A DNA stretch of 64,000 bases from NCBI GenBank assembly GCA_015491865.1, contig WFVD01000004.1, positions 17,294-81,293 on the forward strand. Reading direction: 5' to 3'. Made by a program: the position numbers and the translations under genes. The DNA is from Gammaproteobacteria bacterium. Its GTDB lineage: Bacteria; Pseudomonadota; Gammaproteobacteria; SZUA-140. This document shows positions 24,271-35,822 of the stretch, piece after piece (position 1 is the first letter of the stretch; every line of letters starts with the position of its first letter). The notes beneath the pieces were generated by a model that saw nothing but the letters and a program-made list of their open reading frames with translations, was not told the DNA's origin and did no database searches.

Positions 24271-27200
24271 TTACGCGATACGCTCAATTAATTCATTCGC
24301 ATCCTTTTTCTGCTCATCGTTGCCATCGGAAACCACTTCATTAAGAATCCCTTTTGCGCTCTCGCTATCGCCCATATCAATATAGGCTCTGGCAAGGTCC
24401 AGCTTGGTGCCTACTTCATCTTCTGCAGAAAATAGCTCGCTATCATCAATATCATCAAGCGAGGAGATATCATCACTTAGATCAGCAAGCCAGTCATCAT
24501 CACTACTCTCACTGCCCTCACTTTCTTCCAGCCCCGCAAACAGATCTTCCTCGATGTCGTTATCAGAATCGGCGATAGATTCCGTGGTGGTTTCAGTTGT
24601 GGCCGTGGCGGCATCTTCATCAACCAGCACCAGCTCATCACCTAAACCTTCGGTACCGCTCTCTTCAGGTGCCAGCCCCGCTTCAAATTCCAGGTCGTTA
24701 GCCGAATCCAGCTCATTATTATCAAGAGCGGTTGTCGCATCCGCATCATCGAGTGACAATTCATCACTATCAGAGAGCTCTAGTGACAGATCATCACTGA
24801 CATCTACTGTATTATCGGCGACCTCTTCAAACGAAAGCTCATCTGACAGATCAAGGGTATCACTGGCACCAGCATCAACTGCAGCGTCCAGTTCAACGTT
24901 ATCGAGTGCTTTTTCAACATCAGTGGTAGTGTCACCGCTCTGGCTCGCCTTCTTCTCGCTATCAGCATCAGGCGCAGCATGACTCTCCTCTATATCCGAG
25001 ACCATATCCATCGCTGAATCAAGACTCGCTTCCAGCTCATCAAGGTCATCGAGCGTGTCAAATGCGCCATCCAGAGTGCCATCATCCAGCCCACCCAACT
25101 CACCAATGCCATCTTCACTAACGTCAGCAAAAGGGTTATCACTTTCACTCACTGGTGCAGCCAAATCAGCAGCACTATCGGCATCGCTCAGATCCAGTTC
25201 GCCCAGATCCAGCTCGCCACCAAGATCGGGCAGGTCAACATCAAGCTCATCGCTCATGCCTGTGCTGTCCATCACTGCATCAACTTCGTCATTAAAGAGC
25301 AGGCTGGTCGGTGCAATGGTCCGCCCCATCTCGGCAACATTTTTCCAGAGTGCGCTATCCGCAGCTGCGCTACCTAACGATGCTTTCAGACGCTCTGCCT
25401 GTTCAATAAACGCCTCTTTCTTTTCACTCGCGGCATAAACTTCTAATAATTTAACCTGTATATCATGACGCTCTGGCTCATTCTGGACAGCTTCGCTGAG
25501 TAGCTCTTCCGCCTTATCAAAGCGGCGGTATGCCAGGTAGACATCGGCCTCAGCAATTGCATCAATCTCATCCTCGTCGCAGACATCCATTCCGCCTGAA
25601 CCGGAATAGTCAGGAATCACATCATTCAGTACGGATTCGACAGCTTCATCACTAACCACTTCATCTGCTGCAGCCGCTCCATCTTCACTCTGTACTGAAT
25701 AGTCGCTGCCGTCACTGCTCGCCATCTCATCCTCAAAGGCAGCCCTCCGGCGACGCATGACCAGCGCACCGGCAAGCAGGCCGACCAGAGCCAGCCCACC
25801 GAGTGCAAGCATTGGATCAACCCCCCCCAGAACAGGGGTTAATATCGCACCTGCACTCGCCAGAACACCACTCACAATAGCGAGCGCTTCATCAACAATA
25901 GAGGCCTCAACTGGTGGTGTGGCTGGAACCACCGCAGGTGGCGGCGTAGTAACTTGTGAATCAGCAGTTACGCCTTCACCTTGCGTTTCATCGCTAGAGA
26001 TAGCAGCGCTATCTAGCGGCGCCATGGACAACTCAGCCTCTTCAGGGAGCAGCGTTTCAGATACGCTATCGACGCTCTCCTCCACTGCAACGCCCTCTGG
26101 GCCGACCTGCATCGCGGATAAAGTGTCCCCTTTCAGTGTAATCAGGCGCTGCATCGATGCGAGCTGTTCTTCTAATGCAGAGAGCCGTTTACGCAGCTCC
26201 TCATTCTCCTGCCGACTGACATCGACAGACTCAAGTGCAAAAGCCAGCTCCTGGCGGACATCGCCATCGCTCGCGCCCAATACACTGCCGGAGGCTATTT
26301 GAGAATCACCTTCATCCGGTGCGACCAGCGTCAGACGAGGCTCGGTAACACTACCACTACTGGCCCCGGCCGTTTTGCCCTTAAGACCTAATGGACGTTG
26401 GCCTGCCGCTAACGCAGTGGAGTGTTTTGCATCTACCCACTGTTCATAATGAAGTTTTGCAATGCGCTCCGCTTCTACAGCTGAGGTATCCGAGATAGTG
26501 GCGGGATCCGAGATTCGTAGAAAATAACCCGCTTTCAGATCATTAATATTCTGAGTCTCAAACGCCTCCGGGTTTTCATTCAGCAGGGCGATCATCACCT
26601 GCTGCACCGTGACGCGCTTATCTGGCCTCATCTGCGAAGCGATACGCCATAATGTATCAGTCCGTTTTACTGGACCATAAACAATCTCACCACGCTCCGT
26701 GGTTGAAAGGGTAGTTGTACGAGGGGTAAAGCGAGGAAGCTCACGGGAAGTCTGCCCAGCGGCACTATCTGCCAAGGTCACCGCCGCCCCCTCAGCAGAA
26801 GAAGGCAACTCATCATCCAGCAGCGGGATATCAAGCGCCGCAGGACGCTCATCTACCAGCACCGGTGGATCCAGCAGCAGCGTATACTCACGCAACACCC
26901 GCCCACCCGGCCAGTTTGCTTCAATAATAAAATCGAGAAATGGCTCTTTTACAGTCTCGCGTGATGTGATTTTAAGATAAGCGTCGCCATTAACGCGCTT
27001 CGCCACCTGGAACTTAAATTGAGTGAGGAAATGGGGGCGATCAATGCCAGCCTTTTCGAAGGCTTCTCTGGATGCCAGTTTGACAACGATATCGGCAACA
27101 TCTGTGCGGCCAACTGAGAGCAGCCCTATTTCAGCATCCAGCGCCTGATTGAGCGCTGAATGGAGCTTGATCTCGCCAAGACCGAGTGAAAAACTATTAA

Positions 27201-27297
27201 CCGGCAGCAACAATAGAAGCATGGCAAAAAACTTGGCCGAATCCTTCATGAGTCCAGGTAACATTCCATCTCCTTTTCGTCTAAACATCGTCTGCAC
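24271..27297 (-). CDS. fimV: FimV/HubP-family protein (LysM peptidoglycan-binding domain, TM, long acidic repeat region, C-terminal FimV motif)
   Basis: 1008 aa; N-terminal LGLGEIKLHSALNQALDAEI; LysM-like YGPVKRTDTLWRIAS; C-terminal DLARAYIDMGDSESAKGILNEV; sits upstream of asd-leuB as in Pseudomonas. Confidence 0.8.
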   Translation of the reverse strand: MQTMFRRKGDGMLPGLMKDSAKFFAMLLLLLPVNSFSLGLGEIKLHSALNQALDAEIGLLSVGRTDVADIVVKLASREAFEKAGIDRPHFLTQFKFQVAKRVNGDAYLKITSRETVKEPFLDFIIEANWPGGRVLREYTLLLDPPVLVDERPAALDIPLLDDELPSSAEGAAVTLADSAAGQTSRELPRFTPRTTTLSTTERGEIVYGPVKRTDTLWRIASQMRPDKRVTVQQVMIALLNENPEAFETQNINDLKAGYFLRISDPATISDTSAVEAERIAKLHYEQWVDAKHSTALAAGQRPLGLKGKTAGASSGSVTEPRLTLVAPDEGDSQIASGSVLGASDGDVRQELAFALESVDVSRQENEELRKRLSALEEQLASMQRLITLKGDTLSAMQVGPEGVAVEESVDSVSETLLPEEAELSMAPLDSAAISSDETQGEGVTADSQVTTPPPAVVPATPPVEASIVDEALAIVSGVLASAGAILTPVLGGVDPMLALGGLALVGLLAGALVMRRRRAAFEDEMASSDGSDYSVQSEDGAAAADEVVSDEAVESVLNDVIPDYSGSGGMDVCDEDEIDAIAEADVYLAYRRFDKAEELLSEAVQNEPERHDIQVKLLEVYAASEKKEAFIEQAERLKASLGSAAADSALWKNVAEMGRTIAPTSLLFNDEVDAVMDSTGMSDELDVDLPDLGGELDLGELDLSDADSAADLAAPVSESDNPFADVSEDGIGELGGLDDGTLDGAFDTLDDLDELEASLDSAMDMVSDIEESHAAPDADSEKKASQSGDTTTDVEKALDNVELDAAVDAGASDTLDLSDELSFEEVADNTVDVSDDLSLELSDSDELSLDDADATTALDNNELDSANDLEFEAGLAPEESGTEGLGDELVLVDEDAATATTETTTESIADSDNDIEEDLFAGLEESEGSESSDDDWLADLSDDISSLDDIDDSELFSAEDEVGTKLDLARAYIDMGDSESAKGILNEVVSDGNDEQKKDANELIERIA
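24400..25400 (-). repeat. low-complexity D/E/S/L-rich acidic repeat region inside fimV
   Basis: reiterated DLSDELS/DDLDE peptides; it also generates spurious Ser-rich antisense ORFs. Confidence 0.6.
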
Positions 27298-27351
27298 CTT
27301 AAAAATCTTGTCATTGCAAGGTAGTTAACGGCAGCTCTTCGCAGAAACTCA

Positions 27352-28380
27352 CTAATTTATATAATCATTTATCAAAATTTCTGCAATTTGAACGCTATTT
27401 AATGCCGCCCCCTTCCTGACATTGTCTGCGACAACCCATAAATTCAAACCCCGAGGGTGTGAAATATCTTCGCGTACCCGCCCCACATAGACAGGGTCTG
27501 TCCCCACGGACTCCGTCACTGCCGTTGGGTAACCACCATCTTCACGTTCATCCAGCACCACGACCCCCGGAGCGTCCTGAAGTGCTGCAGTGGCAACATC
27601 AACCGAGATTTTCTCCCGGGTCTCGATATGCACCGCCTCAGAGTGGCCATAAAAAACAGGCACTCTCACCGCAGTCGGGTTAACCACAATATCGTCATCA
27701 GCAAAGATTTTCTTAGTCTCCCACACCATCTTCATCTCTTCTTTGGTGTAACCGTTCTCAAGGAAAACATCGATTTGCGGTAAAGCATTAAAGGCGATCT
27801 GTTTTGGATAGACCCCTCGCTTCACATCCTGCGTATTGAGCAGTGCCGCTGTCTGCCCTGCCAGCTCTTCAATGGCCGATTTTCCGCTACCGGAAACCGC
27901 CTGGTAGGTGCAGACATTGATACGCTCGATTCCAGCCCGGTCATATATAGGCTTCAGCGCCACCAGCATCTGAATGGTTGAGCAGTTTGGATTGGCGATG
28001 ATGTTGCGATTTTTGTATTGAGCGACCGCCTCCGGGTTGACTTCCGGGACCACAAGCGGAATGTCATCGTCATAACGGAAGTGCGAGGTGTTATCAATTA
28101 CTACGCATCCCGCTTCACCTGCGATCGGCGCATATTTCGCGGAGATATCCCCCCCCGCCGAAAAGAGTGCGACATCGACTTTTGAGAAATCAAACGTACC
28201 AAGCTCTTCGACCCTCACATGTTTACCGTTAAACTCAACACGTTTACCCGCTGAACGGCTGCTCGCGAGCGGATATAAATTATCAACCGGGAAATTACGC
28301 TCGGCCAGTATTTCAATAATGGTTTCACCCACCGCTCCGGTTGCCCCCACCACTGCCACATTATATTTTTTACTCATCAC
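27352..28380 (-). CDS. asd: aspartate-semialdehyde dehydrogenase
   Basis: 342 aa; N-terminal NAD-binding VAVVGATGAVG; catalytic Cys region. Confidence 0.9.
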   Translation of the reverse strand: MMSKKYNVAVVGATGAVGETIIEILAERNFPVDNLYPLASSRSAGKRVEFNGKHVRVEELGTFDFSKVDVALFSAGGDISAKYAPIAGEAGCVVIDNTSHFRYDDDIPLVVPEVNPEAVAQYKNRNIIANPNCSTIQMLVALKPIYDRAGIERINVCTYQAVSGSGKSAIEELAGQTAALLNTQDVKRGVYPKQIAFNALPQIDVFLENGYTKEEMKMVWETKKIFADDDIVVNPTAVRVPVFYGHSEAVHIETREKISVDVATAALQDAPGVVVLDEREDGGYPTAVTESVGTDPVYVGRVREDISHPRGLNLWVVADNVRKGAALNSVQIAEILINDYIN

Positions 28381-28434
28381 AGTTTTCCTTACGCATATCT
28401 TTATTAATCTATCCCACTCACTTTTTCTGAATAC

Positions 28435-29511
28435 TCAATTCAGCGCCGCCACAATCGCATCGCCCATTTCGCTGGTCGATACTCGGCGGAGTCCTGCGGT
28501 ATGAATATCCGCGGTGCGAAGCCCATCATCCAGCACCCTGTTAACGGCCGCTTCGATGCGATCCGCCATGGCTGTTTGATCCAGCGAGTATCGCAGTAAC
28601 ATCGCAACCGACAGAATTGTCGCAATCGGATTGGCAACCCCCTTCCCTGCAATGTCTGGCGCAGAACCGTGAATCGGTTCATACATCCCCTTGCCATTTG
28701 CATCGAGTGATGCCGATGGCAGCATACCGATTGAACCGGTCAACATCGCCGCGCAGTCCGATAGGATGTCACCAAACATATTGGTGGTCACCATCACATC
28801 AAACTGCTTCGGCGCGCGCACCAGCTGCATCGCTGCATTATCAACGTACATGTGGCTTAGCTCGACCTCGGGATACTCTTTCGCCATGCGGTTCATCACC
28901 TCGCGCCATAGCTCGGTACATTCCAGCACGTTCGCTTTATCGACCGAGCAGAGGCGCTTACCGCGCTTCATCGCAATCTCGAATGCTGAGCGGCCGATAC
29001 GTTCAATCTCCGACTCTTTATAGATGAGCGTATTAAATCCCTGTTTCTCACCATTCTCCAGCGTACGCACACCACGCGGCTGACCAAAGTAGATGCCGCC
29101 GGTCAGTTCACGCACAATCATGATATCCAGCCCCGCAACAACCTCTGGTTTCAGCGTCGACGCCTCAGCCAGCTGCGGGTAGAGAATTGCCGGGCGCAGA
29201 TTAGAGAAGAGTTCCAGGTTAGCTCGTAGCCCTAGCAGCCCCTTTTCCGGGCGTACTGCAATATCGAGTGATTCCCATTTGTGGCCACCGACAGCACCCA
29301 GCAGAATCGCATCACAGCCCTTCGCTTTATCAAGCGTCTCATCCGGCAGTGGAAAACCCGCCGCATCATAAGCCGCCCCGCCCACCAGCGCATGGTCAAG
29401 CTCAATCGCCAGGCCGTGATTTTTCTGTAGTGATTCAAGCACCTTCACCGCCTCCGCCACAATCTCAGGACCGATGCCGTCGCCAGGTAAAACCAGTATT
29501 TTTTTTGTCAT
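28435..29511 (-). CDS. leuB: 3-isopropylmalate dehydrogenase
   Basis: 358 aa; NMFGDILSD signature. Confidence 0.95.
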   Translation of the reverse strand: MTKKILVLPGDGIGPEIVAEAVKVLESLQKNHGLAIELDHALVGGAAYDAAGFPLPDETLDKAKGCDAILLGAVGGHKWESLDIAVRPEKGLLGLRANLELFSNLRPAILYPQLAEASTLKPEVVAGLDIMIVRELTGGIYFGQPRGVRTLENGEKQGFNTLIYKESEIERIGRSAFEIAMKRGKRLCSVDKANVLECTELWREVMNRMAKEYPEVELSHMYVDNAAMQLVRAPKQFDVMVTTNMFGDILSDCAAMLTGSIGMLPSASLDANGKGMYEPIHGSAPDIAGKGVANPIATILSVAMLLRYSLDQTAMADRIEAAVNRVLDDGLRTADIHTAGLRRVSTSEMGDAIVAALN

Positions 29512-29566
29512 GACTTCTCTTCCACACTCTGTTTTATTGTTTCAGTTCTTTCGCCAATGGCTTCGC

Positions 29567-30208
29567 TTAAGAGGCGAACAGCCACGGTGCTTCCTGTTTT
29601 CGTTTCGCCTCATAGTCGCGCACCGCATCGGCATGTTGCAGACTCAGGCCGATCTCATCCAGTCCCTGTAACAGGCACTCTTTACGAAAGTTGTCGATTT
29701 CGAAAAGGATCACCTCACCACTCGGCAAGGTAACATGCTGCGCTGCCAAATCAACCTGTAACTGGTAACCCTCATTAGCATCAATCTCTTTAAAGATACG
29801 CTCCACTTCATCCGCGCTCAACGCTATCGGCAGCACCCCATTTTTAAAGCAGTTGTTATAAAAGATATCTGCAAAACTCGGTGCGATCACCACACGAATA
29901 CCGTAATCATGCAACGCCCATACCGCATGTTCCCGTGAAGAGCCGCAACCAAAGTTGTCACGCGCGATCAAAATCTGTGCGCCGCTAAAGCGCGGCAGGT
30001 TCAATGCAAATTCACTATTGACCGGACGCCCACTATTATCCTGGTCCGGCTCACCCACATCGAGATAACGCCACTCATCAAACAGGTTAGGACCAAAGCC
30101 GCTACGTTTTACCGATTTCAGAAACTGCTTGGGAATAATCGCATCGGTATCGACATTGGCACGATCAATCGGCACAACCAACCCATTTAATGTTGTAAAT
30201 GCATCCAT
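29567..30208 (-). CDS. leuD: 3-isopropylmalate dehydratase small subunit
   Basis: 213 aa; aconitase swivel domain; adjacent to leuC. Confidence 0.9.
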   Translation of the reverse strand: MDAFTTLNGLVVPIDRANVDTDAIIPKQFLKSVKRSGFGPNLFDEWRYLDVGEPDQDNSGRPVNSEFALNLPRFSGAQILIARDNFGCGSSREHAVWALHDYGIRVVIAPSFADIFYNNCFKNGVLPIALSADEVERIFKEIDANEGYQLQVDLAAQHVTLPSGEVILFEIDNFRKECLLQGLDEIGLSLQHADAVRDYEAKRKQEAPWLFAS

Positions 30209-30210
30209 TG

Positions 30211-31644
30211 TTACACCTCCTCACTCTTTGTCGCTTTCGGCTCTTGCGTGACATCGACAAAATGGCCCGCAATCGCAGCCGCGGCCGCCATCGCCGGACT
30301 GACCAGATGAGTACGCCCACCCTGCCCCTGACGCCCTTCAAAATTTCGATTGGAGGTCGAAGCGCAGTGCTCACCATCACCCAGTCGATCCGCATTCATC
30401 GCCAGACACATTGAGCAACCCGGCTCGCGCCACTCAAAACCGGCCTCGATAAAAATTCTGTCAAGCCCTTCCGCCTCGGCCTGACGCTTTACCAGCCCCG
30501 AACCTGGCACTACCAGCGCCTGATTAACACTCGCCGCCACATGGCGACCGTTAATCACCGCCGCCGCATCACGCAGATCTTCAATGCGAGAATTGGTGCA
30601 GGAACCGATAAAAACCTTATTAAGCTTGATAGTCGTAATCGCCTGCCCGCCTTCAAGCCCCATGTAGGCCAGCGCGCGTTCGATATTGCCACGCTTGACA
30701 CCATCCGCCTCATCTTCGGGGCGCGGCACCGCGCCACTGACCGGCAACACCATCTCCGGGGAGGTGCCCCAGGTCACCTGCGGCTCAATTGTTGCGCCGT
30801 CTATGGTGACGACGCGATCAAATTCGGCGCCGTCATCACTGTGCAGCTCAAGCCACGCAACTTTTGCCTGCTCCCACTGTTCGCCCTTTGGCGCATAGGT
30901 GCGTCCGCGCACATATTCGATCGTCTTTTCGTCAACCGCGACCATTCCGGCACGTGCGCCCGCCTCTATCGTCATGTTGCAGAGTGTCATACGCCCTTCA
31001 ATTGATAGCGCACGCACTGCCTCCCCACCAAATTCAATCGCATAACCGGTGCCGCCAGCAGTGCCGATCTTTCCGATGATCGCCAGCGCCATATCCTTGG
31101 CCGAAACCCCATCACGCAACCGACCATTCACCTCCACCAGCATGTTTTTCGATTTTTTCTGGATCAGACACTGCGTTGCCAGCACATGCTCCACTTCAGA
31201 GGTGCCGATGCCAAACGAGAGCGCGCCGAGTGCACCGTGGGTTGAGGTGTGAGAGTCTCCGCACACCACCGTCATCCCCGGCAATGTTGCACCCGACTCC
31301 GGGCCAACCACATGAACGATCCCCTGACGCGGGTCATCCATCTTATATTCGGTCAGGCCAAATTCGTTGCAGTTGCTATCCAGCGTCTCAACCTGAATCC
31401 GAGCCACCGTCTCTTCGATCCCCTTACTGCGGTCGGTGGTCGGCACGTTGTGATCCGGTGTCGCCAACACAGAATCAGCACGCCACGGCTTTCGCCCCGC
31501 CATCCGCAGCCCCTCAAAGGCCTGTGGTGAGGTCACCTCGTGGACCAGATGTCTATCTATATAGAGAACGCTCGCTCCCTCATCTGTTTCACGAACCTGA
31601 TGTGAATTCCATAATTTATCATATAACGTACTCTTTAACATCAT
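30211..31644 (-). CDS. leuC: 3-isopropylmalate dehydratase large subunit
   Basis: 477 aa; Fe-S cysteine ligands; aconitase family. Confidence 0.95.
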   Translation of the reverse strand: MMLKSTLYDKLWNSHQVRETDEGASVLYIDRHLVHEVTSPQAFEGLRMAGRKPWRADSVLATPDHNVPTTDRSKGIEETVARIQVETLDSNCNEFGLTEYKMDDPRQGIVHVVGPESGATLPGMTVVCGDSHTSTHGALGALSFGIGTSEVEHVLATQCLIQKKSKNMLVEVNGRLRDGVSAKDMALAIIGKIGTAGGTGYAIEFGGEAVRALSIEGRMTLCNMTIEAGARAGMVAVDEKTIEYVRGRTYAPKGEQWEQAKVAWLELHSDDGAEFDRVVTIDGATIEPQVTWGTSPEMVLPVSGAVPRPEDEADGVKRGNIERALAYMGLEGGQAITTIKLNKVFIGSCTNSRIEDLRDAAAVINGRHVAASVNQALVVPGSGLVKRQAEAEGLDRIFIEAGFEWREPGCSMCLAMNADRLGDGEHCASTSNRNFEGRQGQGGRTHLVSPAMAAAAAIAGHFVDVTQEPKATKSEEV

Positions 31645-31750
31645 ATTTACCCCGTCTTTTATTCTCTTTTGAGATGCTACCTACCCTCTTAATGAGGGCA
31701 ATATACGCCGATCACACCCATTAATCTAATTCATCTTTATCATCTATTGC

Positions 31751-31765
31751 ATTCCTTAGTGGAAT
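31751..31765. promoter_or_regulatory. LysR-type T-N11-A box (ATTCCTTAGTGGAAT) in the leuC / LysR-regulator divergent region
   Basis: inverted repeat TTCC-N5-GGAA, 18 nt upstream of the LysR ATG. Confidence 0.4.
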
Positions 31766-31782
31766 ATATAAAATCCCCTCTC

Positions 31783-32661
31783 ATGAACTTTTCAGACCTG
31801 AAGACCTTTGTCTGCGTCGCTGAACAGCACTCCTTTTCACTGGCGGCTGAGCGGCTACACCTGACTCAACCCGCCATCAGCAAACGAGTCGCCGCACTGG
31901 AAGGGGCGCTAGATACGAGACTCTTTGACCGCATCGGCCGCTCGGTACAGCTCACCTCCGCCGGCAGCGCACTGTTGACTCACGCCCGGAAAATCCTCAT
32001 CGAAGTCGAAGATAGCCGCCGCGCCATCCACAACCTTTCCGGCGAAATCAGCGGAAAACTGAGCATCGGCACCAGCCACCATATCGGCCTGCACCGCCTG
32101 CCCGCGGTACTCAAACAGTTTGGTCAACGCCACCCTTCGGTGCAACTCAACCTCCACTTTCTAGATTCAGAGGCGGCCTGCGGAAAGGTCGAACAGGGCG
32201 AATTAGAGCTGGCGGTGGTGACACTGCCGCCACTAAGTATATCGGGGGCCGAGCGCTCGCTGACGATGATCCCGATCTGGCAGGATCCACTGGTGCTGGT
32301 AACCGCCTTTGACCACCCGCTCTGCTCACTGCATCAGATCACCACTGCGTCACTCGCCCAGCACGCCGCGATCCTCCCCTCACAGGGTACCTTTACCCGC
32401 AAGCTGATCGACCATCACCTCAATAGCAAGCGACAACCACTCAATGTGCGGCTCGAAACCAACTATCTCGAGACCATCAAGATGCTGGTCTCAATCGGCC
32501 AGGGGTGGAGTGTGCTGCCCGAAACATTGATCGATGAGAGTCTGCTCGCCCACAGCGGCCACTTTTCGGCCAGGCGCATCCTTGGTGTCGTTCACCACCC
32601 ACAACGGACGCTCAGCAACGCCGCGCACGCCTTTATCACAACATGCAAGCAGCCGCCGTAA
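31783..32661 (+). CDS. LysR-family transcriptional regulator
   Basis: N-terminal HTH (MNFSDLKTFVCVAEQHSFSLAAERLHLTQPAISKRV); the track ORF starts 36 nt further upstream, but the T-N11-A box supports the internal start. Confidence 0.8.
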   Translation: MNFSDLKTFVCVAEQHSFSLAAERLHLTQPAISKRVAALEGALDTRLFDRIGRSVQLTSAGSALLTHARKILIEVEDSRRAIHNLSGEISGKLSIGTSHHIGLHRLPAVLKQFGQRHPSVQLNLHFLDSEAACGKVEQGELELAVVTLPPLSISGAERSLTMIPIWQDPLVLVTAFDHPLCSLHQITTASLAQHAAILPSQGTFTRKLIDHHLNSKRQPLNVRLETNYLETIKMLVSIGQGWSVLPETLIDESLLAHSGHFSARRILGVVHHPQRTLSNAAHAFITTCKQPP

Positions 32662-32752
32662 AGGCTTACTGAATCACGAAAAAGCCAGCGTTAAACCTCG
32701 AATAATTGAGGGATTTTAGGTAGGATAGCGGCTTCAATTCAACCGGGTATCA

Positions 32753-33622
32753 GTGACAGGCATGAGTGCAAAAATCATCGATGGCAACGCGATCGCCAGC
32801 CAGATTCGTCAAAATGTTAAACAACGCGTTGAAAAGCGCCTCGCTGATGGCATGCGCGCACCGGGCCTCGCCGTGATTCTAGTGGGACAGGATCCCGCCT
32901 CTGCGCTATATGTCAACAGCAAGCGGCGCGACTGCGCCGAGGTCGGCTTTACCTCAAAATCACACGACCTGCCGGCGGATACCACTGAACAAGCTTTGCT
33001 GACGCTGATTGAACAGCTCAACGACGATAGTACCATCGACGGTATTCTGGTACAGCTACCGCTGCCGCCACAGATCGACCCCAAAACTGTGATCGAGACG
33101 ATCCATCCGGATAAAGATGTCGATGGCTTTCACCCCTATAATATCGGTCGCCTGACACAACGCACCCCGCTGCTACGCCCCTGCACACCACTAGGGATCA
33201 TGACCCTGCTCGAACATACCGGTGAAAAGATTCAGGGCATGGAGGCAGTGGTGGTTGGCGCATCCAATATCGTCGGCCGCCCGATGGGACTGGAGCTACT
33301 ACTCGCGGGCTGCACCGTCACTACCTGCCATCGCTTCACTCAGAATACCCACGAACATGTTTCGCGTGCAGACATCGTAGTGGTCGCGGTCGGCAAACCC
33401 GGCATTGTTAAGGGAGAATGGATCAAGCCCGGCGCGATGGTAATTGATGTCGGTATCAATCGCGATGCCAATGGTAAACTGATCGGTGATGTCGATTTTG
33501 ATGCTGCCGCCAAACGCGCCGGCTGGATCACCCCGGTACCGGGCGGCGTCGGCCCAATGACCCGCGCCACCCTGTTACAAAACACACTTTACGCCGCTGA
33601 GAGCCTGCATCTCGACAATTAA
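32753..33622 (+). CDS. folD: bifunctional methylenetetrahydrofolate dehydrogenase/cyclohydrolase
   Basis: 289 aa; canonical FolD N-terminus ([12 protein letters not shown]) and PGGVGPMT motif. Confidence 0.9.
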   Translation: MTGMSAKIIDGNAIASQIRQNVKQRVEKRLADGMRAPGLAVILVGQDPASALYVNSKRRDCAEVGFTSKSHDLPADTTEQALLTLIEQLNDDSTIDGILVQLPLPPQIDPKTVIETIHPDKDVDGFHPYNIGRLTQRTPLLRPCTPLGIMTLLEHTGEKIQGMEAVVVGASNIVGRPMGLELLLAGCTVTTCHRFTQNTHEHVSRADIVVVAVGKPGIVKGEWIKPGAMVIDVGINRDANGKLIGDVDFDAAAKRAGWITPVPGGVGPMTRATLLQNTLYAAESLHLDN

Positions 33623-33727
33623 CGCACACACCCATCTCAGCTATAATCTGCACTCCTAGAGTAGAGATAGCGGCCTTTCCCGGCGGAAGCTCGCTTCATC
33701 ACCCAGCAAACAAGGACGCCACCAGGC

Positions 33728-35452
33728 ATGAGCGACACCGAACACTCCGAATCAGGCAGCAGGCCATCCAACTTCATTCGCAACATCATCGATGAAGATA
33801 TCAGGAACAATAAAAACGGTGGCCGCGTTGTCACCCGCTTTCCGCCTGAACCCAACGGCTACCTGCATATCGGCCATGCAAAGTCGATTCTGCTGAATTT
33901 TGGCCTTGCCGAAGATTACAACGGCCACTGCAACCTCCGTTTTGATGACACCAATCCGCATAAAGAGAACATCGAATTTGTGGAGGCGATTAAAAAAGAT
34001 GTTGCCTGGCTCGGTTGCGACTGGGGTGACAGACTCTTCTTCTCATCTGACTATTTTGATGCGCTGTATGAGTTTGCAATGCAACTGATCAAAAAAAAGA
34101 AAGCCTATGTCTGCGATCTTAGTGCTGAAGCGATGCGTGAATATCGCGGCACGTTGACGGAAGCGGGCAAAGATAGTCCGTTTCGTAACCGTACTGTTGA
34201 GGAGAATCTGGATCTGTTTGCACGCATGAAAGCGGGCGAGTTTGAGGATGGCACCAAAGTGCTGCGTGCTAAAATCGACATGGCCTCACCCAATATTAAT
34301 CTGCGTGATCCGACCATTTACCGCATCCGCCGCGGCGTCATCCACCACCAGACCGGCGCAGAGTGGTGCCTCTACCCGATGTATGATTTCACTCACTGCC
34401 TTTCTGATGCGCTGGAGGGAATCACCCATTCGATCTGTACGCTGGAGTTTGAAGATCACCGCCCGCTCTATGACTGGTTTCTCGATACGCTGGAGACGTC
34501 GTGTCACCCACAACAGATCGAATTTTCACGCCTCAACCTGGAACATACCGTCACCAGTAAACGCAAGCTGACCGAACTGATTGAGAGCGGCCATGTCGCG
34601 GGGTGGGATGACCCACGTATGCCGACCATCGCCGGCCTGCGTCGTCGCGGTTACACCCCTGCCGCGCTGCGTGAATTCTGTCGGCGAATCGGCGTCACAA
34701 AATCAGATAATGTGATCGAAATGGGCGTGCTTGAGGGGTGTATTCGTGATGACCTGAATAAACATTCACCACGTCGCATGGCAGTACTCAATCCACTCAA
34801 AGTGGTGATTACCAATTTCCCTGAAGATGATGAAGTTTTTGAAGCTGCCAACCACCCTCAGGATGAGACTTTTGGCGTGCGAAAAATACCTTTTAGTCGC
34901 GAGCTTTATATCGACCGGGCTGATTTTGAGGAGGTTCCACCAAAGAAATATAAACGACTGATCCCCGGTGGTGAGGTTCGACTAAGAAATGCATACGTGA
35001 TCCGCTGCGATGAGGTGGTAAAAGATAGCGACGGCAACGTGGTCGAACTTCACTGCAGCTATGATGCTGACACCCGCGGCAAAAAACCAGAGGGACGCAA
35101 AGTAAAAGGGGTGATTCACTGGGTCTCTGCCAGACATGCGATCGAAGCGGAGGTGCGCCTTTATGACCGCCTCTTCAACCACCCAACGCCCGACAATAGT
35201 AAAGATGGGCTGTCGTACCTCGACCACCTCAACCCCGGCTCGCTGCGCACGCTCACCCGCTGTTACCTTGAGCCATCACTGGGCGACGCCTCACCGGGTG
35301 ACCAGTTTCAATTTGAACGCGAGGGGTATTTCTCGCTTGACTCCTCATGCCAGCCTGACCATCAAACAGGCGAGCGAGCGAGAAGTAAGTCGATTTTCAA
35401 TCGCACCGTCACATTGCGCGACACATGGGCGAAGATTGAAAAGAAACGGTAG
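33728..35452 (+). CDS. glnS: glutaminyl-tRNA synthetase
   Basis: 574 aa; class I HIGH motif ([14 protein letters not shown]) and KMSKS-like motif; GlnS-specific anticodon-binding C-terminus. Confidence 0.9.
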   Translation: MSDTEHSESGSRPSNFIRNIIDEDIRNNKNGGRVVTRFPPEPNGYLHIGHAKSILLNFGLAEDYNGHCNLRFDDTNPHKENIEFVEAIKKDVAWLGCDWGDRLFFSSDYFDALYEFAMQLIKKKKAYVCDLSAEAMREYRGTLTEAGKDSPFRNRTVEENLDLFARMKAGEFEDGTKVLRAKIDMASPNINLRDPTIYRIRRGVIHHQTGAEWCLYPMYDFTHCLSDALEGITHSICTLEFEDHRPLYDWFLDTLETSCHPQQIEFSRLNLEHTVTSKRKLTELIESGHVAGWDDPRMPTIAGLRRRGYTPAALREFCRRIGVTKSDNVIEMGVLEGCIRDDLNKHSPRRMAVLNPLKVVITNFPEDDEVFEAANHPQDETFGVRKIPFSRELYIDRADFEEVPPKKYKRLIPGGEVRLRNAYVIRCDEVVKDSDGNVVELHCSYDADTRGKKPEGRKVKGVIHWVSARHAIEAEVRLYDRLFNHPTPDNSKDGLSYLDHLNPGSLRTLTRCYLEPSLGDASPGDQFQFEREGYFSLDSSCQPDHQTGERARSKSIFNRTVTLRDTWAKIEKKR

Positions 35453-35474
35453 ACTGAGGTGAAAGTACGCTGCT

Positions 35475-35822
35475 TTAATCGCCCCCTTCCGGGGGGCTTT
35501 GTGTCAATGCCGGTGAAAAAACTGACTCAGATGCCGCCATCAATTCACGCCCGGCAAACTCATCTTCAAACATCAGCCCCACCATGCCCCGCTTAATATG
35601 GATAACCATTGACCGCAAACGGCAGCGGATCTGTCCCGGAAAATCAGCACTGGCGAAATCGAGTGTAACGATCTGCCGCCGTTTTAATCCGATACCAGGG
35701 TTGAGAATACAGACGCCACCCGGGCTGACATTTAGACTTTTGGTGAGACCAACAACCCTATCCCCTACCACTACCCGAACCATCTGTTCAACCGAACGAC
35801 GTGAACCCAGTCGGTGTTCCAT
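35475..35822 (-). CDS. PilZ-domain protein (c-di-GMP effector)
   Basis: 115 aa; RxxxR (RLGSRR) and N/DxSxxG (LNVSPGGV) c-di-GMP binding motifs. Confidence 0.65.
   Translation of the reverse strand: MEHRLGSRRSVEQMVRVVVGDRVVGLTKSLNVSPGGVCILNPGIGLKRRQIVTLDFASADFPGQIRCRLRSMVIHIKRGMVGLMFEDEFAGRELMAASESVFSPALTQSPPEGGD

Noticed and set aside
24404-26302. Several Ser/Ala-rich ORFs (192, 127 and 181 aa) on the + strand inside fimV
   Set aside because: They are antisense translations of the acidic D/E/L repeat DNA of fimV (GAx/GAC codons read backwards give Ser/Val runs); no independent signals.
33637-33961. Small ORFs antisense to the glnS 5' region, and the many 60-120-aa ORFs antisense to dxs, secD, leuC and others
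   Set aside because: They are fully embedded in strongly supported genes on the opposite strand and lack start signals; typical of high-GC antisense frames.
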